From assembly GCA_965112155.1 (NCBI GenBank), contig OZ218103.1: a stretch of 64,000 nucleotides of DNA. The stretch is one strand, 5' to 3'. Below the pieces are notes generated by a model. It had not been told where the DNA came from, ran no database searches, and saw nothing but the letters and a program-made list of their open reading frames with translations. A program made the translations under genes and the position numbers. This document shows positions 1 to 14,139 of the stretch, one piece after another. Position 1 is the first letter of the stretch. The number at the start of each line of letters is the position of its first letter. This DNA is from Podarcis liolepis. Taxonomy: Eukaryota.

Positions 1-879
1 CAGAACTCCTGAAGAGGATTAGCATGGCTAATTTTTTAAGGGAAGCGCCTTCCAGTAGCATGTTAAGGAAAGTTCTCTAACAAGTTTTATAAACTGCTGT
101 CTTAATAAAAGAGTCCAACACATCCTAAAGATAGACCTGAATAAATATAGATTTCTAATAATTTGTAGTGGGAAGGTGATTGGAGTTTTTAAAAACATAC
201 GCTTTGGCCATATTTAATTTCTTTCTCTAATTTCCTTAATTTTCTAATCAAGCCTTTAGTCTTTCAAATTGTTTCTATACATCTTGTTTAGGCTTATTAT
301 TTTTATTTCTGATTACGAATGAACATGGTTCATTAAGTAATCATTGTCTAATCATGATTCAAATGCATAGCCTGGCACAGATGCTCTATAACCACATAAA
401 GTATCATGGATTTTCATAAAGAAATTTATTTCAATAAAACGGTAAGGCAGCTATTAAACCAATTCAACTCTGTGCCTCTCCTAACAGGGCTATAGGGCAT
501 TCCAAGAACTTTTAATTGTAGTTGAAAATTTCTATTGAGATTTAGTCCTATTCATAGTTACCTAAGTAAATTCAGTGAGACTTACAATGAATGGGATTGT
601 GCTATAAGGATTCCCCCCCACACACACACACACTGTGAAGTACAATGTAATTAATTCAAAATTAGGGATAATATCCTTAAGATTTATCACAACATGGTAT
701 TACACTGTTCTAATTTCATTGCTAGCATTCAATGCTAACATTCAGTAAGCATATACATATAATGTCTCTGGCAGCCTCATCTTTTGTAAGGTTGGGGTGA
801 AAGATGGTCAGTGGGCCCTCCATTTTCATCATCCTTTTCTCCCCCAGTTCTCCCTCACAATCTGTTCTAGTAGGTCCTC

Positions 880-1200
880 CAACAATCCATGAGGTCTTCA
901 TGAAAATTCACCAGCATTTATCCTAATATTGTAGGCAATTTTGCCCAGCATACACATTTTCTTTCTCAAAGCAATTCCCTGAGTGCAATCCATTTTGTAT
1001 GCTATTTTCACTAATATATGCATTTTCATGCAAGCTTTACTGTAGTATATGCATTTTTGTACACATTGCTAGGCTGGAGAACCGCACTGCAAAATTCAGA
1101 GAATTTTGAATACCAAAGGATAGCCATGGTTTGGTTTAAGTATTGTTTCAGAATCTGCGAATTAGGTATGTTCTGAATCAAATCCTCACCAGATCCCTGA
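880..1200. repeat. Old dispersed repeat, unclassified; related copies at about 12050-12930 (interrupted) and 47645-48040
   Basis: Shared degenerate blocks such as tcatgaaaattcaccagcatt, ttttcactaatatatgcatttt, catttttgtacacattgct..gctggagaac.gca.tgcaaaattcaga and tgaatcaaat. Confidence 0.55.
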
Positions 1201-1339
1201 CTCACATTAATGGGAGGGAGAATCTGAGAGGACCAGCAGAAAACAAGGCAACCTAAATCACAAGGCTTTAGTACATGGAAGTACAACAAGTGCTGGCTGA
1301 CAGGTTGGCCAGTCAACCTCTGCTTAAAAACCTCCAAGG

Positions 1340-1466
1340 AAAGAAGGTTGTGGGCTATCCTCCATTGGGCTGGATGGCCACCTGTCATGGATACTTTAGT
1401 TGAGATTCCTGAATTGCAGGTGGTTGGCCTAGATGACCCTCAGGGGTCATGATTCTCTATGATTCT
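1340..1466 (+). mobile_element. CR1-type LINE 3' end
   Basis: ggctggatggccacctgtca...gagattcctgaattgcagg.ggttggcctagatgaccct followed by an ATTCTATG-like tail. Confidence 0.7.
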
Positions 1467-2875
1467 AAAACATTTTGAAACATCGCTACTTTCATGAGAA
1501 TTGGCAACATGAAGTAGCATAGATCTATGGAAACATGTCAAATTTGTACATATATTCTGAATGACACAGTAAGCTTTCAAAAGGCCCCCTCAAGCAGACT
1601 TGGCTCAAATTGAGTAATGCATTGGGCTTACCACCCAACTTACCCAATTAAAATTTGGGGTAAGCTTATCCCTAAATTCAAATGCAAGGTTTCAAGCTGT
1701 CCCTCTAGGCAAATTATCCACTCAAAGTGGCTTACTGTGTGTGTGTGTGTGTGTGTGTGCTTGTTATTGTAACCTGCCCTTCAAATACATTATTAGATGA
1801 GATTACAATAAAACACCAAACAATAACGAATACTCTGGTTACTTCTTTGCAAAATGAATGAATGAATAAAGATTCACTGTTAGGGAGTTTATTTCAATAA
1901 TATCCATCATGAACATGATTGAGGGATAAAACTACTGTTTATTTGCTGGATTTTGGGCATAGCAACATAAAATGCTTGTGAGCATATGTATATTTTCTTT
2001 CTTTCTTCTGGAAAACACAGCATGTGACAACTACACCTCACTAGATTTGTATAAGAGGTATAATTTTTGAAGATATATGTGGTTTTCATTTCTGAAAAAA
2101 GGGAGGTGACTTCTCTGTAATTAACCATCATTCATCAAATGGAAGAAAATGTGCAATAACCTAGTCATATTTTTCATATGAAAACATTTGCAATTAAGGC
2201 TGCAGTGATACACTCACTTTATGTGTTTCTGTTTTGCCAAGAGCAAAGACCTGTGTAGATAAAAATTAAAAGGAAAAAAGCAGGGGAGAAATAGTAGAAG
2301 TTTTCTTCAAACTGGAATGGTATGCAAAAGGTAAGTTTCTGTACCTTTAAGTGAAGAAGATGCAGTTATACTAGGATCCAAAATAACAATGTGGAGTTCT
2401 ACCTCATGAAAATGCATAGCCACTTTCCTAAATTTTCGTAATTACTGAGCTCACTTCATCCATATGAACATAGGCTTAATTTTAACTTTGCATTGCTTCG
2501 TCATTCTGTATGCTTTGTCAACTGCATACCTCACAATTCCAGCTATGTGATGGAGGCCCTGCATGACTAATTTCATAAGAAGTAACTCTGAAAGTAGGGT
2601 TTGTTTTGTGATGATGTTTGTTGCTTATTCTATAGAAGGTTCTGGTGGCTTGTAACTGTTGGTCCTTCCAAGATTCTGCTTCATAGGATAGCATGTGTTT
2701 TGTGTGAATAGTTGAGCATCTCATGGTACACAAACGTTGGAAGAAGGACTGTTGGCAAGAGAGCCAATAAATATTGGGTGTGCTCAACAACTGCCTTTTA
2801 CATCCAGGTGTTATATATCCAAGAAGCTAGTTGGACAACTGGTTGCCCCCAGCGTAACCTGTTGAGTGAGAGAGG

Positions 2876-2976
2876 GAATCATAGAATCACAAAGTTGGAA
2901 GGGACCCTGAGAATAATCTAGTCCAACCCCCTGCAATGCAGGAATATGCAGCTGTGCCATACGAGTATCAAACCTG
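2876..2976 (-). mobile_element. Short retroposon with CR1-type 3' tail
   Basis: aatcatagaatc...gttggaagggaccctgag...atctagtccaaccccctgcaatgcaggaat is the reverse complement of a CR1 terminus. Confidence 0.7.
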
Positions 2977-4520
2977 GCTGGTATCTATCGCTTCTCCTGC
3001 CTTCATCCCACATGCCAATACTCTCTTTTCATTTGAGCAGAAGAGCTTGTATCTTCATTATTGCTCTGTAAATTTGGATTAGCAGAATGACTTTAGATGT
3101 AGATCCACTTTCAATTTGCTGCCTTATTTGTCTATCCAGCTAATTCAAGTTAATTTTATTTCATGATGGAAACAATATTAAAGAGCTCCTTTTTTGCATT
3201 TTAATTGAATTCTGATTTTTCTCCAAATGCGGCTTGACAAAAAGCATTAGTAAAACTTAATTATCTAGTAAATAACAGAGATTTTCTAACATAATGAGAA
3301 AAGTAGAAATTAATTACTGATTAAGCCTATACTGTGCAAGGAACTTGTTCTCAGTTTGTGTGCGTGAGAATGTGGGGGCTGGGGAGGGGAGATTACCAAA
3401 CTCTGCGATAAGTGTCAGTGGAATAAATTGATACATCTGTCAAATTACTTTTGATTTACAGATTGTTTGAGTTGGAATATACTTAAAATATGGCTCTGTG
3501 TCTGAATACACTGAGGAAGCAGCAGAAATTATCACCAGTTCAATGAATTTTTTTACACCTCATTATTGCTTAAGACCTTTTTCTATCCTTCCATTGCGTG
3601 GTTTACTGTAACTTTCTGTGTGCAATAAATAGGTTCAAGATAACAAAATATATAATTGCTTGAATATTAAGGATTTTGTGTTCTGTTTTAAGAACCTCAG
3701 CCCCAGCAAACTTAACAGCCATAAAATTAGGAATGAGGAAATGGACCAGTTCCATTTTGTAATACTTCTGGGATTACACCTGGTTTAATTTTGTTTGGAA
3801 GTTGCAATTCCAGAATGCAGCTGGTGAAATTATGCACCTGTTACCTAAAATTAAATATATTTGTAGTTTCATTTCTGCACAATTAGAAGACTGTTTTTAA
3901 TATAAATGAAAACAGTAATGTTGATTTTTATGTACAGTGGTGACATTGTCTGAAGATACGGTATGTCTTCCTATCATTAGAACTTTTGCAACTGTTTGTA
4001 TTTGAAGGGTGGGTGAGAAGAGCTAACTGCCATCGGGGGGGGGGGGGAGACCCTGTTCTTTCAACAACAACAAAAAGTTCTGATTTTTCACCCCTCAAAA
4101 TACAAACTGTTGCAAACTGAAGGAATCCTCCAGAATCTTTCATGGTTTCTTTTTCCTGTGCAAGCCTATTTGCACAGATCCCCTCATCCAAGGAAAACTG
4201 AGCTGAGAATATTTCTTGCAAATTATACTTTTATCACAAAAAAATAGTATCAAACTGAATCATGGAAAAGAAGTAAAATTCCATCTATTTAGTTTATTAA
4301 ACTGAGCCAGTGGTTCTCAAAGGGTGTGACAGGAGAGCATGGCAAGTGTGGCGGGAAGATTCAAGGACTATTGCAGAAACATTTGACATTTCAGTGTAGT
4401 AAAGTATATATATAAAATTTTTTTGCAAAATATGGATAGATAACTTTTCGAAATGAGAGCAAGAGCATCAAGTGATACTGAGAATACTCCTAGTACTTTT
4501 TTATTTTTAGGATAATCTTA

Positions 4521-4860
4521 GTGGCACTGTGGTCTAAACCACTGAGCCTAGGGTTTGCCGATCAGAAGGTCAGTGGTTCGAATCCCCACGACGGGGTGAG
4601 CTCCCATTGTTCGGTCCCTGCTCCTGCCAACCTAGCAGTTCAAAAGCACATCAAAATTCAAGTAAATAGGTACCACTCTGGTGGGAAGGTAAACGGCATT
4701 TCCGTGCGCTGCTCTGGTTCGCCAGAAGTGGCTTAGTCATGCTGGCTACATGACTCGGAAGCTGTACGCCGGCTCCCTCATCCAGTAAAGCGAGATGAGC
4801 GCCGCAACCCCAGAGTCATTCGCAACTGGACCTAATGGTCAGGGGTCCCTTTACCTTTAC
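4521..4860 (+). mobile_element. Sauria (Squam1-type) SINE
   Basis: tRNA-like head with B box ggttcgaatcc, body shared with five other copies in the window, (ACCTTT)n tail. Confidence 0.92.
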
Positions 4861-7424
4861 TAGTCCTAATCCAGCTTCACCATTTGAACAGAGTGCTGTA
4901 GGTCTCGTTTATAATTATATTTTGGGAATGAGTCATGTTCTTATGTATTGCATTGTATTATACTTTTTGGATGTCCCATGATCACAAGGCAGTTGTGTTC
5001 TATGTTATAAATCAAACACGGCTAGGGGTTTTCTTTCTGTTTTCCAATGTATTTCTTGTCAATAAAAATTTGGTGCAGCGCAAACAAATATTCTGAAAGT
5101 GTGGCCCAGCTTTCTGGACAGCTTGCTTACCAGATTTTTTAAAAGCATACTTTTCCATCCCCATTATGATCATTTGTGCCATTACGCTGCAGACCTCTTC
5201 CACCCATTTTGGGGGGGATTTCTCTTCACATGGGAAGAGGAAGAAGAATGTATTATCTAGCTTTTAAGCATTTCAATGCTATTTCATGCCCCGTTGCTTC
5301 TTCCTCCCCATCCCCAATAGGTTGAAATTCAACCATTCCCTGTACAGTCTCCATTTTAAATTCTAACACCTTTGCTCTTGTCCTCTATTGTGTCACTCTT
5401 ACAAAATGAAAGCACACATTAGCTGGGGAAATATTTGATGCTGAATTTGAGTACTAAGGTTACTTCCAGTGTGTTGTGTACAGTATTATTACTGTTTTTC
5501 AGGTGCGTGCCTTCATCTTATTTGCCAGTGGACAAACTTGCTCTGATGCTACATCTGCCCACTTTTAGTTTGCTTTTTCCTACTGTGCAGGCAGACCTCC
5601 TCCCTACCAGAAGACATTCATTCTTTCATTCTATCTCAAATTATCAGTTGGCTGGAAGCCAGCGAAAGATGCTGATGATTTAACAATGCTATTATTTAGC
5701 TGTCAGAGGCCTTTTAAAACCAGCATCTAGCTTGATAATACCTGTGATTGACCAGTGACCAGGCTTGCAAAGCCATGAAAATGCCTGCAATCAGCTGTTG
5801 CTCAATCAGGGGCATCTCCAAAGACCATGTGTGGGGTGCAATTATGAAGCTGTGGGGTAAGCCTGAATTCCTTAGTTCAAACCTTCTAGGGGACCTGAAG
5901 AACAGCAGTCTGTGAAGCTGCACATTTTTAAAAGGATGCTTTTGAGTGTGCAAACTGCTACGAAGTCAAGCAATTTTGTGATTGCCTTGTGAAATGATTC
6001 AATGTTCTTTTTAAAAAGAGGTCTACTGTTCGCTCAGCTGGTGTTACCCCTGGGGGCTCCTGAAATGTTTTTGAACGCAATCAATAGTGTTCTTTACCAT
6101 GCATGATTTTGGACCTGTAAGCTTTAAAATAAAAATAAAAATCCAGTATTGTGAAACTTTTTAAATGAGCACTGTACATATTTAGAGGTCTTTCAGCCGA
6201 ATAACAAACAAAATTAGGACCGAGGGCACAATCTAAACTCCCTGCCATCAGCCGGATTTATGGAGACTCTTGCATTGCAGCCCTGATTCTCATAATGGCC
6301 ATGGTGGAGAGTCGGGCAGCAGGATGGTCTTTCCTGGTCCTTACATAATAACTGCATCAGTTCCAGGATCCAGGGCTGACTCAGCCCTCCCTGCCCTTGG
6401 AACACCTTATTTCTGGGCTTACCACAGGCTACCATGAGTGGGCAGCCCACCCATTGCTTGTCTGTCTGCCTGCACATTTGATCAGTGAAAGGGGGAGGTC
6501 AGTGTCAAAGGGAAGTCAGCTTAGCTAGGAAAACTGGGGAATGGGAGGGAGGACACCCTCTGCTTAATCTAACCTTTCTAACACAGTGTAAGTGGAGGTG
6601 GATTTCTCTGGTAACCCAGAGAATGTATATAAGCTGTATATAAATGTATATAGACGTTTAATTCAGTGCAGTAGAGCAAGATTGCAACAATTTGAGTAAG
6701 TAAAATAATTATGAACACATCTCTGGTTTCCTCAGTTCAAAGTTTGCACATTGACACATCTCGACCCTGCCCAGCATCTGCCTTTAGGAAGAGTTTGCAA
6801 AGATGTATCGGAAGAGCAACATTTCAGCCCATGTGCCCCAAAATTCCATAGAACTTGAAGCAGTTGTAACAGTGACTAGTGACTCTGGGTACTAGGAATA
6901 GGTTTTCTATGCTGACTCTTGTCTGGCATCACCACCACCATTATTTTGATTCATGTGTTTTGGTATATCTTAGTTGCGCAGTGGGGCTCCTCCCCTCCCC
7001 CACGCACCTCTTGTGATTGGCTAGGGAACAGGGGGTTGAAAGAGATCCCAGAGCAGTGTGCAGGGGAAAGAAAGGAAGGCTCAATCCATCTGGCAGGCCG
7101 AAATGCTTTCCCTGATGGAACAATTGCCTTAGTGAGATGTTCGATTCCTCCTCTTCATTTTTATTTGTGTGTTTGCTACATTGCTAAATCCATTACCTCA
7201 AATGTTGGGGTCATGGAGGCATCCATATATTTTAATGGGAAATTCCATTGTTTCGAAGCTGCGTTGTCATGTTTATATTTGTAATTAAAACCTCTCTCTT
7301 CTCTAAAGGTTGTCAATGATTACACCTGTTGAGGGTAGAAACATCAAATGTTGGAACATTGCGGATGCATTAAGCCACACATTATCCAGTCACAAAAAAA
7401 GATTAAGCAGCATATCAGTTGATG

Positions 7425-7582
7425 TATTTGTTGCTGGGAATCAAGGGGGGGGAGAGAGTTCAGCTGCACTCAGTTCATGCTTGCAGACTTTTCATAGGCA
7501 CCTGGTTGGCCAACGTGAGAGCAGGATGCTAGACAAGATGGGGTTCTGGTCTGATACAGTGGGGCTTTTCTTCTGTTCTTAC
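7425..7582 (+). mobile_element. Degenerate CR1-tailed squamate retroposon fragment
   Basis: ggcacctggttggccaacgtgagagcaggatgctagacaagatggg...ttcttctgttctta; similar to 11060-11187. Confidence 0.55.
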
Positions 7583-9123
7583 CCTGCTTGGTGAAAGGTA
7601 AAACTGCTTACTGGAGTTGTCTTGCTGTAGTAATTCCTATCCTAATCCAACAGGCGGGAACAGTAGACCCCCTCCAACCCGGCTGTGTGGAAGAAAGGAA
7701 ATAGGTCTTGAGTTATCTGCATACAGAACTGGTGTGAACCGAGTGGTTACAGTTCCATTTACTATACTTTCCCCAGTAGTTTTGTGGACGCAAAATGTAC
7801 CATGTGAACCAGTATGGCCAGTGGAAGTAGATTAAAGCACAACATGAAGTAAACAGATGTTTTGCAGTTAGGAAAGTGATGGGGAAATGTGTTGAACAGT
7901 GTGGAACTAAATGATTTAACAGGAAGATGTCTTAACAGCCTGTAAGCAAATCAGCATGAATGCTTATTGTCATATAACATTCCTGCAAACAAATCAGAAA
8001 GCTCAATAAGGACTGGATATATCTGTAAGCTTTGCACAAGGAAATCATGACAAATGTTAAATAAATCATTTTGAGGATCGCCTAGTCTAGGAGGCTCTCT
8101 TCTGCCCTCATGTTAATGGTGTCTATTCTGAAGCCAAATTAGAACAAGAGTAGAAGTTGGAAGCAATGCTTAATGTCAAATATTCTTTGGACAACAAATT
8201 TCTATCAACTTGACTCTCATTATAGGTTCCATAGTTTGACCTGCTGTAAGTGGTCTGCTCTTATACTTCTGTATTCTGGCACTCAATGACCATTACCCAC
8301 TGAAAATACCTTGGTGAATTCTTCTGACGCCATCATTTAAGAATTGCCAAAGAAGGCGTTTTGGCATTGCCGTCATCATCCCAAATTAACTGCACTGTTG
8401 AAAGAACATTTTTGTTAATGTAATTTATTGCTGTTTCCAGTTGAGCAATCCTTTCATTTCTTCTTTATGATATTTCTAATAAAAAATGAAATGAACAGGT
8501 TCTCTTTGTCCTCTGTTTTATCACAAAGCATTGCCAATGCAGTGTTCCTGTTTGGATGATGAATTGTGTAGGCCCTTCAGTAAGTAGATTTGTGTGTTGG
8601 GGTTTATTTTGCTTTTATCATTTGAGAATAGTATCCATGTTTTCCCCCGACACGAGTCTATTGCTTAGCTTCTTTGCGGAGCACTGGGGAGGTACCTTCA
8701 AGAACACCAAAGTTTGAAATTACTCCTTAAAATGCCCCCCCCCCCCCGTAATTCAATATTAGGGGGATTCTTTTTTTCAGCCCAGGGGATACATTCCCTT
8801 CTGACCACCTTGCAAGGGGCACATGCTAGTAGTGGGTGGGACAGAGGCAAAAGTAAATGGAGCAGTAACTTTGGTACTGTAGGTTACTTTCTGAACCCAC
8901 CTACCTCTATATCATCCATCTAGACAAGCAAGAGGCATTATTGGTAGTTCAAGGACACATTTCAGCCAGGCAAAAACACTTGTGCTCCAAGCAGAATCAG
9001 TGAGGTGTGTGACCTGAGAAGACAGAGTGTGGTCTGGGGTGCATTTTGAGGGCCAGAGACAGAGAGACTTGGGGGGCTGCATTTGGCCCCTATTCCTGAG
9101 GTTCCCCACTTCCCTAATTGATC

Positions 9124-9752
9124 GGAGCACAATTCAAAGTGTTGGTGCTGACCTTCAAAGCCCTAAACGGCCTCAGTCCAGTGTACCTGAAGGAGCATCT
9201 CCACCCCATCTTTCGGCCCGGACACTGAGGTCCAGCTCTGAGGAGTTCCCTCACTGCGAGAAGTGAAGTTACAGGGAACCAGGCAGAGGGCCTTCTTGGT
9301 AGTGGCGCCCGCCCTGCGGAACGCCCTCCCATCAGATGTCAAAGAAATTAACAACTATCTGACTTTTAGAAGACATCTGAAGGCAGCCCTGTTTAGGGAA
9401 GCTTTTAATATTTCATGAATTATTCTAGAGTGGAACCTCGAGTTGCGGACATAATCCGTCCTGGAGGCACATCCACAACTCGAAGTGTTTGCATCCAGAA
9501 GCGGCACTTCTGTGCATGTACACAGTTCAATTTAGCCCTTCTGCGCATGTGCAAGCGGCGAAACACAGAAGTAACTGTTCCAGTACTTCCAGGTTGCCGC
9601 GGGACGCAACTTGAAAAGACATAATCTGAAGCGGATGCAACATGAGGTATGACTGTATTTTAATATTTTGTTGGAAGCCTCCCAGAGTGGCTGGGGAAAC
9701 CCAGCCAGATGGGCGGGGTATAAATAAATTCTTATTATTATTATTATTATTA
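9124..9752 (+). mobile_element. L2-type LINE 3' fragment (family A), split by a MITE
   Basis: Decayed ORF2 end (FKVLVLTFKALNGL.P.YLKE...RAF...AP.L.NALPSDVKEINNYLTFRRHLKAALFRE), 3'UTR cccagagtggctggggaaacccagccagatgggcgggg and (TTA)n tail; near-identical to 27010-27286. Confidence 0.85.
9428..9655. mobile_element. Tc1/mariner-pogo (Tigger-like) MITE inserted in the L2 3'UTR
   Basis: TA|gagtggaacctcg ... gaggtatgactg|TA; removing it restores the L2 3'UTR seen at about 27190-27230. Confidence 0.85.
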
Positions 9753-11187
9753 CAACAATAGTTTTTAGGTGCTGGGATTTAGATTTGTGCCAGAGTCATT
9801 CCACCTGCATCCTGTTAAATGTGCATTTGGTACTCTGGTGTCTATGATGATTTAGCTTTTAAGCAGTGTGGCAGCTGAAAGGTGATACTGAAGCAGCCTC
9901 AACTGAGCTGGTCACGAGGGGTCCTTCTTGGTGGCTCATTTCTTCAGCTGTCATCTGCAGGAACACAGTCATGTAATCTTAATGAACAATGTGCAAAGCC
10001 ATTAAAAACTCAATTATGGCTTTCTTTTTTACTGTAGACATGAGAAAATGCAATCATAAAGTGCTGATGTGTAAACACAATAGGCACCATCTGCTACCAA
10101 GTACGATTTCGGCTCTGAAAAGAGGATATATGTTGCAGATGCATCAATAATAGGAGGCTTATCAAGGCATCATTATGCATCAGGGAGGGGGGAAATGAAA
10201 TTTATGAGCATCTAGGGAGCACTTCGTGGTTTAATCCCCCAATTTTAGTGATATATTCAATAACTGTAGCAATGCAAGGACCAGTTTAGGCTTCATTTTT
10301 TTTGTATATATATTTAAAAGAATTCATGTTCTACTTAATCCTGATGATCTAAGCATATAATAAAATTATATATTTCAAAAATCTTGATGAAACTGGGAGC
10401 AACAAATATTAATTATGCTAACCTGTTGATCAAACCACATAAACCAGGCAGACTTGATATCAACTTGCTTGAAAGACCATGTGCCCCTGTGTCTACATTA
10501 ATAAGTACAAAAACCCTGGCCTTTCACAGAATGCAAAATATCTCCTTTCCTCAGCTGTAGGATTATATTGTCTGTAGCCCTGACATGTTTGCAAATTTGA
10601 AGATGAAAATAGCAAATGGCAATATGGATGGATGAATGTTTAATTTAGGGAGGAAAATGATAAAACACAGATATAAGGTTGGCAGTGTTCCAGAAAACGA
10701 GTAGTGCTGGAAATATGAAGAGAAATAATATTTGATGTTATTCTCCGGTTCCTTTCTTCATTCATTCAGATAGAAAGAAATTCAGGTGATTCTTAACAGC
10801 AGCAAAATGATTGTTTATAACCATTCAAGTTTGACCAAAGTTTTCTTCTATGGCTGCAACTTAAAAGACATGTTTGCCGACCAGTCCCATTCAACAATAT
10901 GGCCATATTGTCTGAATGCATTTGGGAATGGGTTGCCTACACTAACTCTGTCACTTATGCATGTTTACAGCTTCTGAACCAATCCTGCATGCATCATCAG
11001 CATGCAACATGGTTGCTCTGGTCTGCCTCCGTGGTCAGAGGCTATAATCCTTTGAAATATCAGTCACTGGAAACCACAGGAGGGAGTGTGCTTTTGTGCT
11101 TGAGTCCTGCTTGTGGGTTTCTCACGGGCATCTGGGTGGCCACTGTGAGAACAGAATGCTCAACTAGATGGGTCATTAGCCTGATCC

Positions 11188-11542
11188 TAGTGGCGGAGGA
11201 AGGGGGTAGGGGGGTCATCACTGGGGGGTGTGTGTGACAAAATGAGTTTTGTTTTGTTTTTTTAATGGGCTTATGAAACCTTTTAGGAGTGACGTGGTGG
11301 CTTAGGCACCGGCAGGTTCCACACTGCCTGAAACGTCTGCCTACTTCCTCTCCCTCAGCTGCCCCACAGCTGAGGGGGAGGTGGCAGAGAAGCTCCAAGC
11401 GTTGGAGAGACTCGTCCTGCTCCCATGGGTGGATCGCCCTCCCCTATGGGCAGCTCGCCATGCCCCCACAGGTGGATTGCCCTGCCCCCAGCTGCAGGAC
11501 ATGCCCCTGCACCAGGCACCCAAGCAGCTAGCTACGCCGCTG
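11188..11542. mobile_element. Non-autonomous hAT element (355 bp) nested in an older retroposon
   Basis: Perfect 8-bp TSD cctgatcc (11180-11187, 11543-11550); termini tagtggcggag / ctacgccgctg. Confidence 0.85.
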
Positions 11543-11762
11543 CCTGATCCTTCTTTATGTGTTTAGTAGTTGGCTAGGTTCAGGTCAGTTTTAAGAGTAT
11601 ATGAATTTAGTGCTCTAAGTCTCTCTACATGGCCCATGTGACTTCTCCCAAGTCCCTCTATCAAGGCTGCATCCTCTTGTCTGATTGGAATATGTTCTTA
11701 AACCATGGCAATGCTTCTTGCTTGCCTCAGTAGAGGACAAAGGATGGTATATTAGATCAGTA

Positions 11763-12023
11763 CAGTCATACCTCAGGTTACAGATGCTTTGGGTTGCGCA
11801 ATTTTGGGTTGCGCACCGCGCTGAACCCATAAGTACCAGAACAGGTTACTTCTGGGTTTCGGCTGTTGCACATGTGCAGAAGTGCTAAATCGTGCTTTGC
11901 ACATGTACAGAAGTGCTAAATCGTGACCCGTGTGTGCGCAGACGCGGCACTGCGGGTTGTGAACTCTGCGGGTTGCGAACGTGCTTCCCTCACGGATCAC
12001 GTTTGCAACCCGAGCATCCACTA
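11763..12023. mobile_element. Tc1/pogo-type MITE
   Basis: TA|cagtcatacctcaggtt ... aacccgagcatccacta|TA; related to the 9428-9655 copy in opposite orientation. Confidence 0.8.
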
Positions 12024-13191
12024 TACTATTATCCTCCATATTTTAGGTGGTGGTGGACGGTTGAATCTTAAATTCAGTTCTCCACATTTCTGCTGGTATT
12101 CACATTAAAAAAAGATCCTCATGAAAATGATTCAGCATTTCATTTCATTTTTCTTCATTTCATTTTCCTAAAAGGTATACATTGCTTGGTTGTAAAAAAC
12201 CCCAACAACCCTCAAAGCCAACCCTCAAATCGAGAAAAATTTACAACAATACTATAAAACACACAAAAGTTAAAGTACCAAAACAGATTAAAATTCCCTC
12301 AGCATTTCTAAGCATCTGGATAGGATAGTCTAAACCAGAATGTTTTTAGCAGATGCCAAAAAGAGTACAGTGAAGGTACTTGCTTGATATTGTTATTATT
12401 TTTATTGAAGCTTAAACACAGTGCAATAAAAACACTATTCTAAATTACACACACACACACACACAGACACACACACCCTTGTCTCACACAGTGCCTTCTT
12501 GATATCAATAGATAGGATGTTTCAAAGCATAGATGCTGCCACACTAAATGATTGAGTTCTTATAAATGCAGAACAGGAATTATGTGGTACTTCTAGGAGT
12601 GCCAATCCCACCAATCGATTCTCCCAATTTTTGTATAAATTTCTAACATTTTGGTATGCAGTTTGAATAGCATCCACATCTTTGCAATCAATCTTGCCTA
12701 GTATAATGTATTTTGTATGTGGTTTTCACAAATGTATTCATTTTAATGCAGAATTTTACCTAATAGGCATTTTTTGTAAACATGATTTGGTTGGGAAACT
12801 ACCATAAAATTCGGATTAATGTGAATTTTGAAGGCCGGCTGTGTTTTGATTGCAATGTTGTTTCTCAACATTCAGATTTGATAAGATCAGCTTCAAATGT
12901 GAACTGAATCAAATTTCTCCCCCATCACTAGAAGAGACCTGGTGGATCAGTCCCAAGGCATCCTGTTTTCACAGTTACCAGCCAGATGCCTATGCAGCGC
13001 CCACAAGGAGGAGAGGATTGCAGCAGCAATTTCCCCTCTTCTGTTCCTCATGGAACTGTTGACCAATCTGCATAGCCCCGACTTAGCTGCTGCCTCAACC
13101 CCCCAGCAGTAATACCTACCAAGAAGCTACAGCCCTGGCTGTGCCCACCAAACATGCCCCTCTTGGCTCCCCAGCAATTGGTATTCAGAAG

Positions 13192-13699
13192 CATTGGCAT
13201 CTGTCAGTCTTGAGAGCCAATGGAAGAGTGTGCCATCAGGGGTGAAGTCAAACTGTTGGAGAGTTAGACTGCCTTCTGTGGCTGTAGAGACAGGAGATAC
13301 GTGTTTTATTGTAGCTGGAGCAGATGAAGATGTCTAGTTATGCTGGGGCAGATGCACCATGGAATTTCTTCTCTGCATTCCTCCCAATGGTCATTTCTCC
13401 TCTGGTCATTGCCATGGCTACATGTCCTAACTGTCTGTCTCGAGGCATTGTGGTCATCAGCAGGGGATTCCCATACATTGGCCTTCACGTTGCCAGCCTT
13501 CGTGCCACATCTTTGTAATGCGGGCCAACAGGCCATGTGCCCAAGGCCAGCTCTCCACTAAGCACATCATTGGGGATCCTGCCATCTTCCATTCTGTGTA
13601 CATGAGCAAGCCAGTGTAGACGTCGCTGAGACAGAAGTCTCAACATGCTGGGAAAGTGGACTTGGAAGAGCACATCTTTGTTTGAGACTCTGCCCTGCC
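13192..13699 (-). mobile_element. 5'-truncated RTE-clade LINE (ORF2 C-terminus and 3' end)
   Basis: WQGRVSNKDVL...LLSQRRLHWLAHVHRMEDGRIPNDVLSGEL is a typical RTE C-terminus. 9-bp TSD attcagaag at 13183-13191 and 13700-13708. Confidence 0.9.
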
Positions 13700-13754
13700 A
13701 TTCAGAAGTGCACTGCCCCCAATATTGCAGGTTGTACACCCCAGACATGATTAA

Positions 13755-14139
13755 GTTAAAGGTAGGTAAAGGACCCCTGGATGGTTAAGTCCAGTCAAAG
13801 GCGACTATGTGGTTGCAGCGCTCATCTCGCTTTCAGGCTGATGGAACTGGCGTTTGTCCACAGACAGGTTTCTGGGTCATGTGGCCAGCATGACTAAACC
13901 GCTTCTGGCAGAACGAAACACCGTGGCAGAAACCAGAGTGCATGGAAATGCCGTTTACCTTCCTGTCGCAGTGGTACCTAATTATCTACTTGCACCGGTA
14001 TGCTTTTGAACTGCTAGTTTGGCAGGAGCTGGGACAGAGCAAGGGGCGCTCACTCCGTTGCGGGGATTTGAACCATCGGCCTTCTGATTGGCAAGCCCAA
14101 GAGGCTCAGTGGTTTAGACCACAGCACCACCCGCATCCC
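13755..14139 (-). mobile_element. Sauria SINE
   Basis: Reverse complement of the family: aaaggtaggtaaaggacccct ... accacagcaccacccgcatccc. Confidence 0.9.

Noticed and set aside
4521-4600. tRNA genes (also at 37230-37292, 39930-39988 and the other SINE heads)
   Set aside because: A and B boxes are present, but they are SINE heads fused to SINE bodies with no intact cloverleaf.
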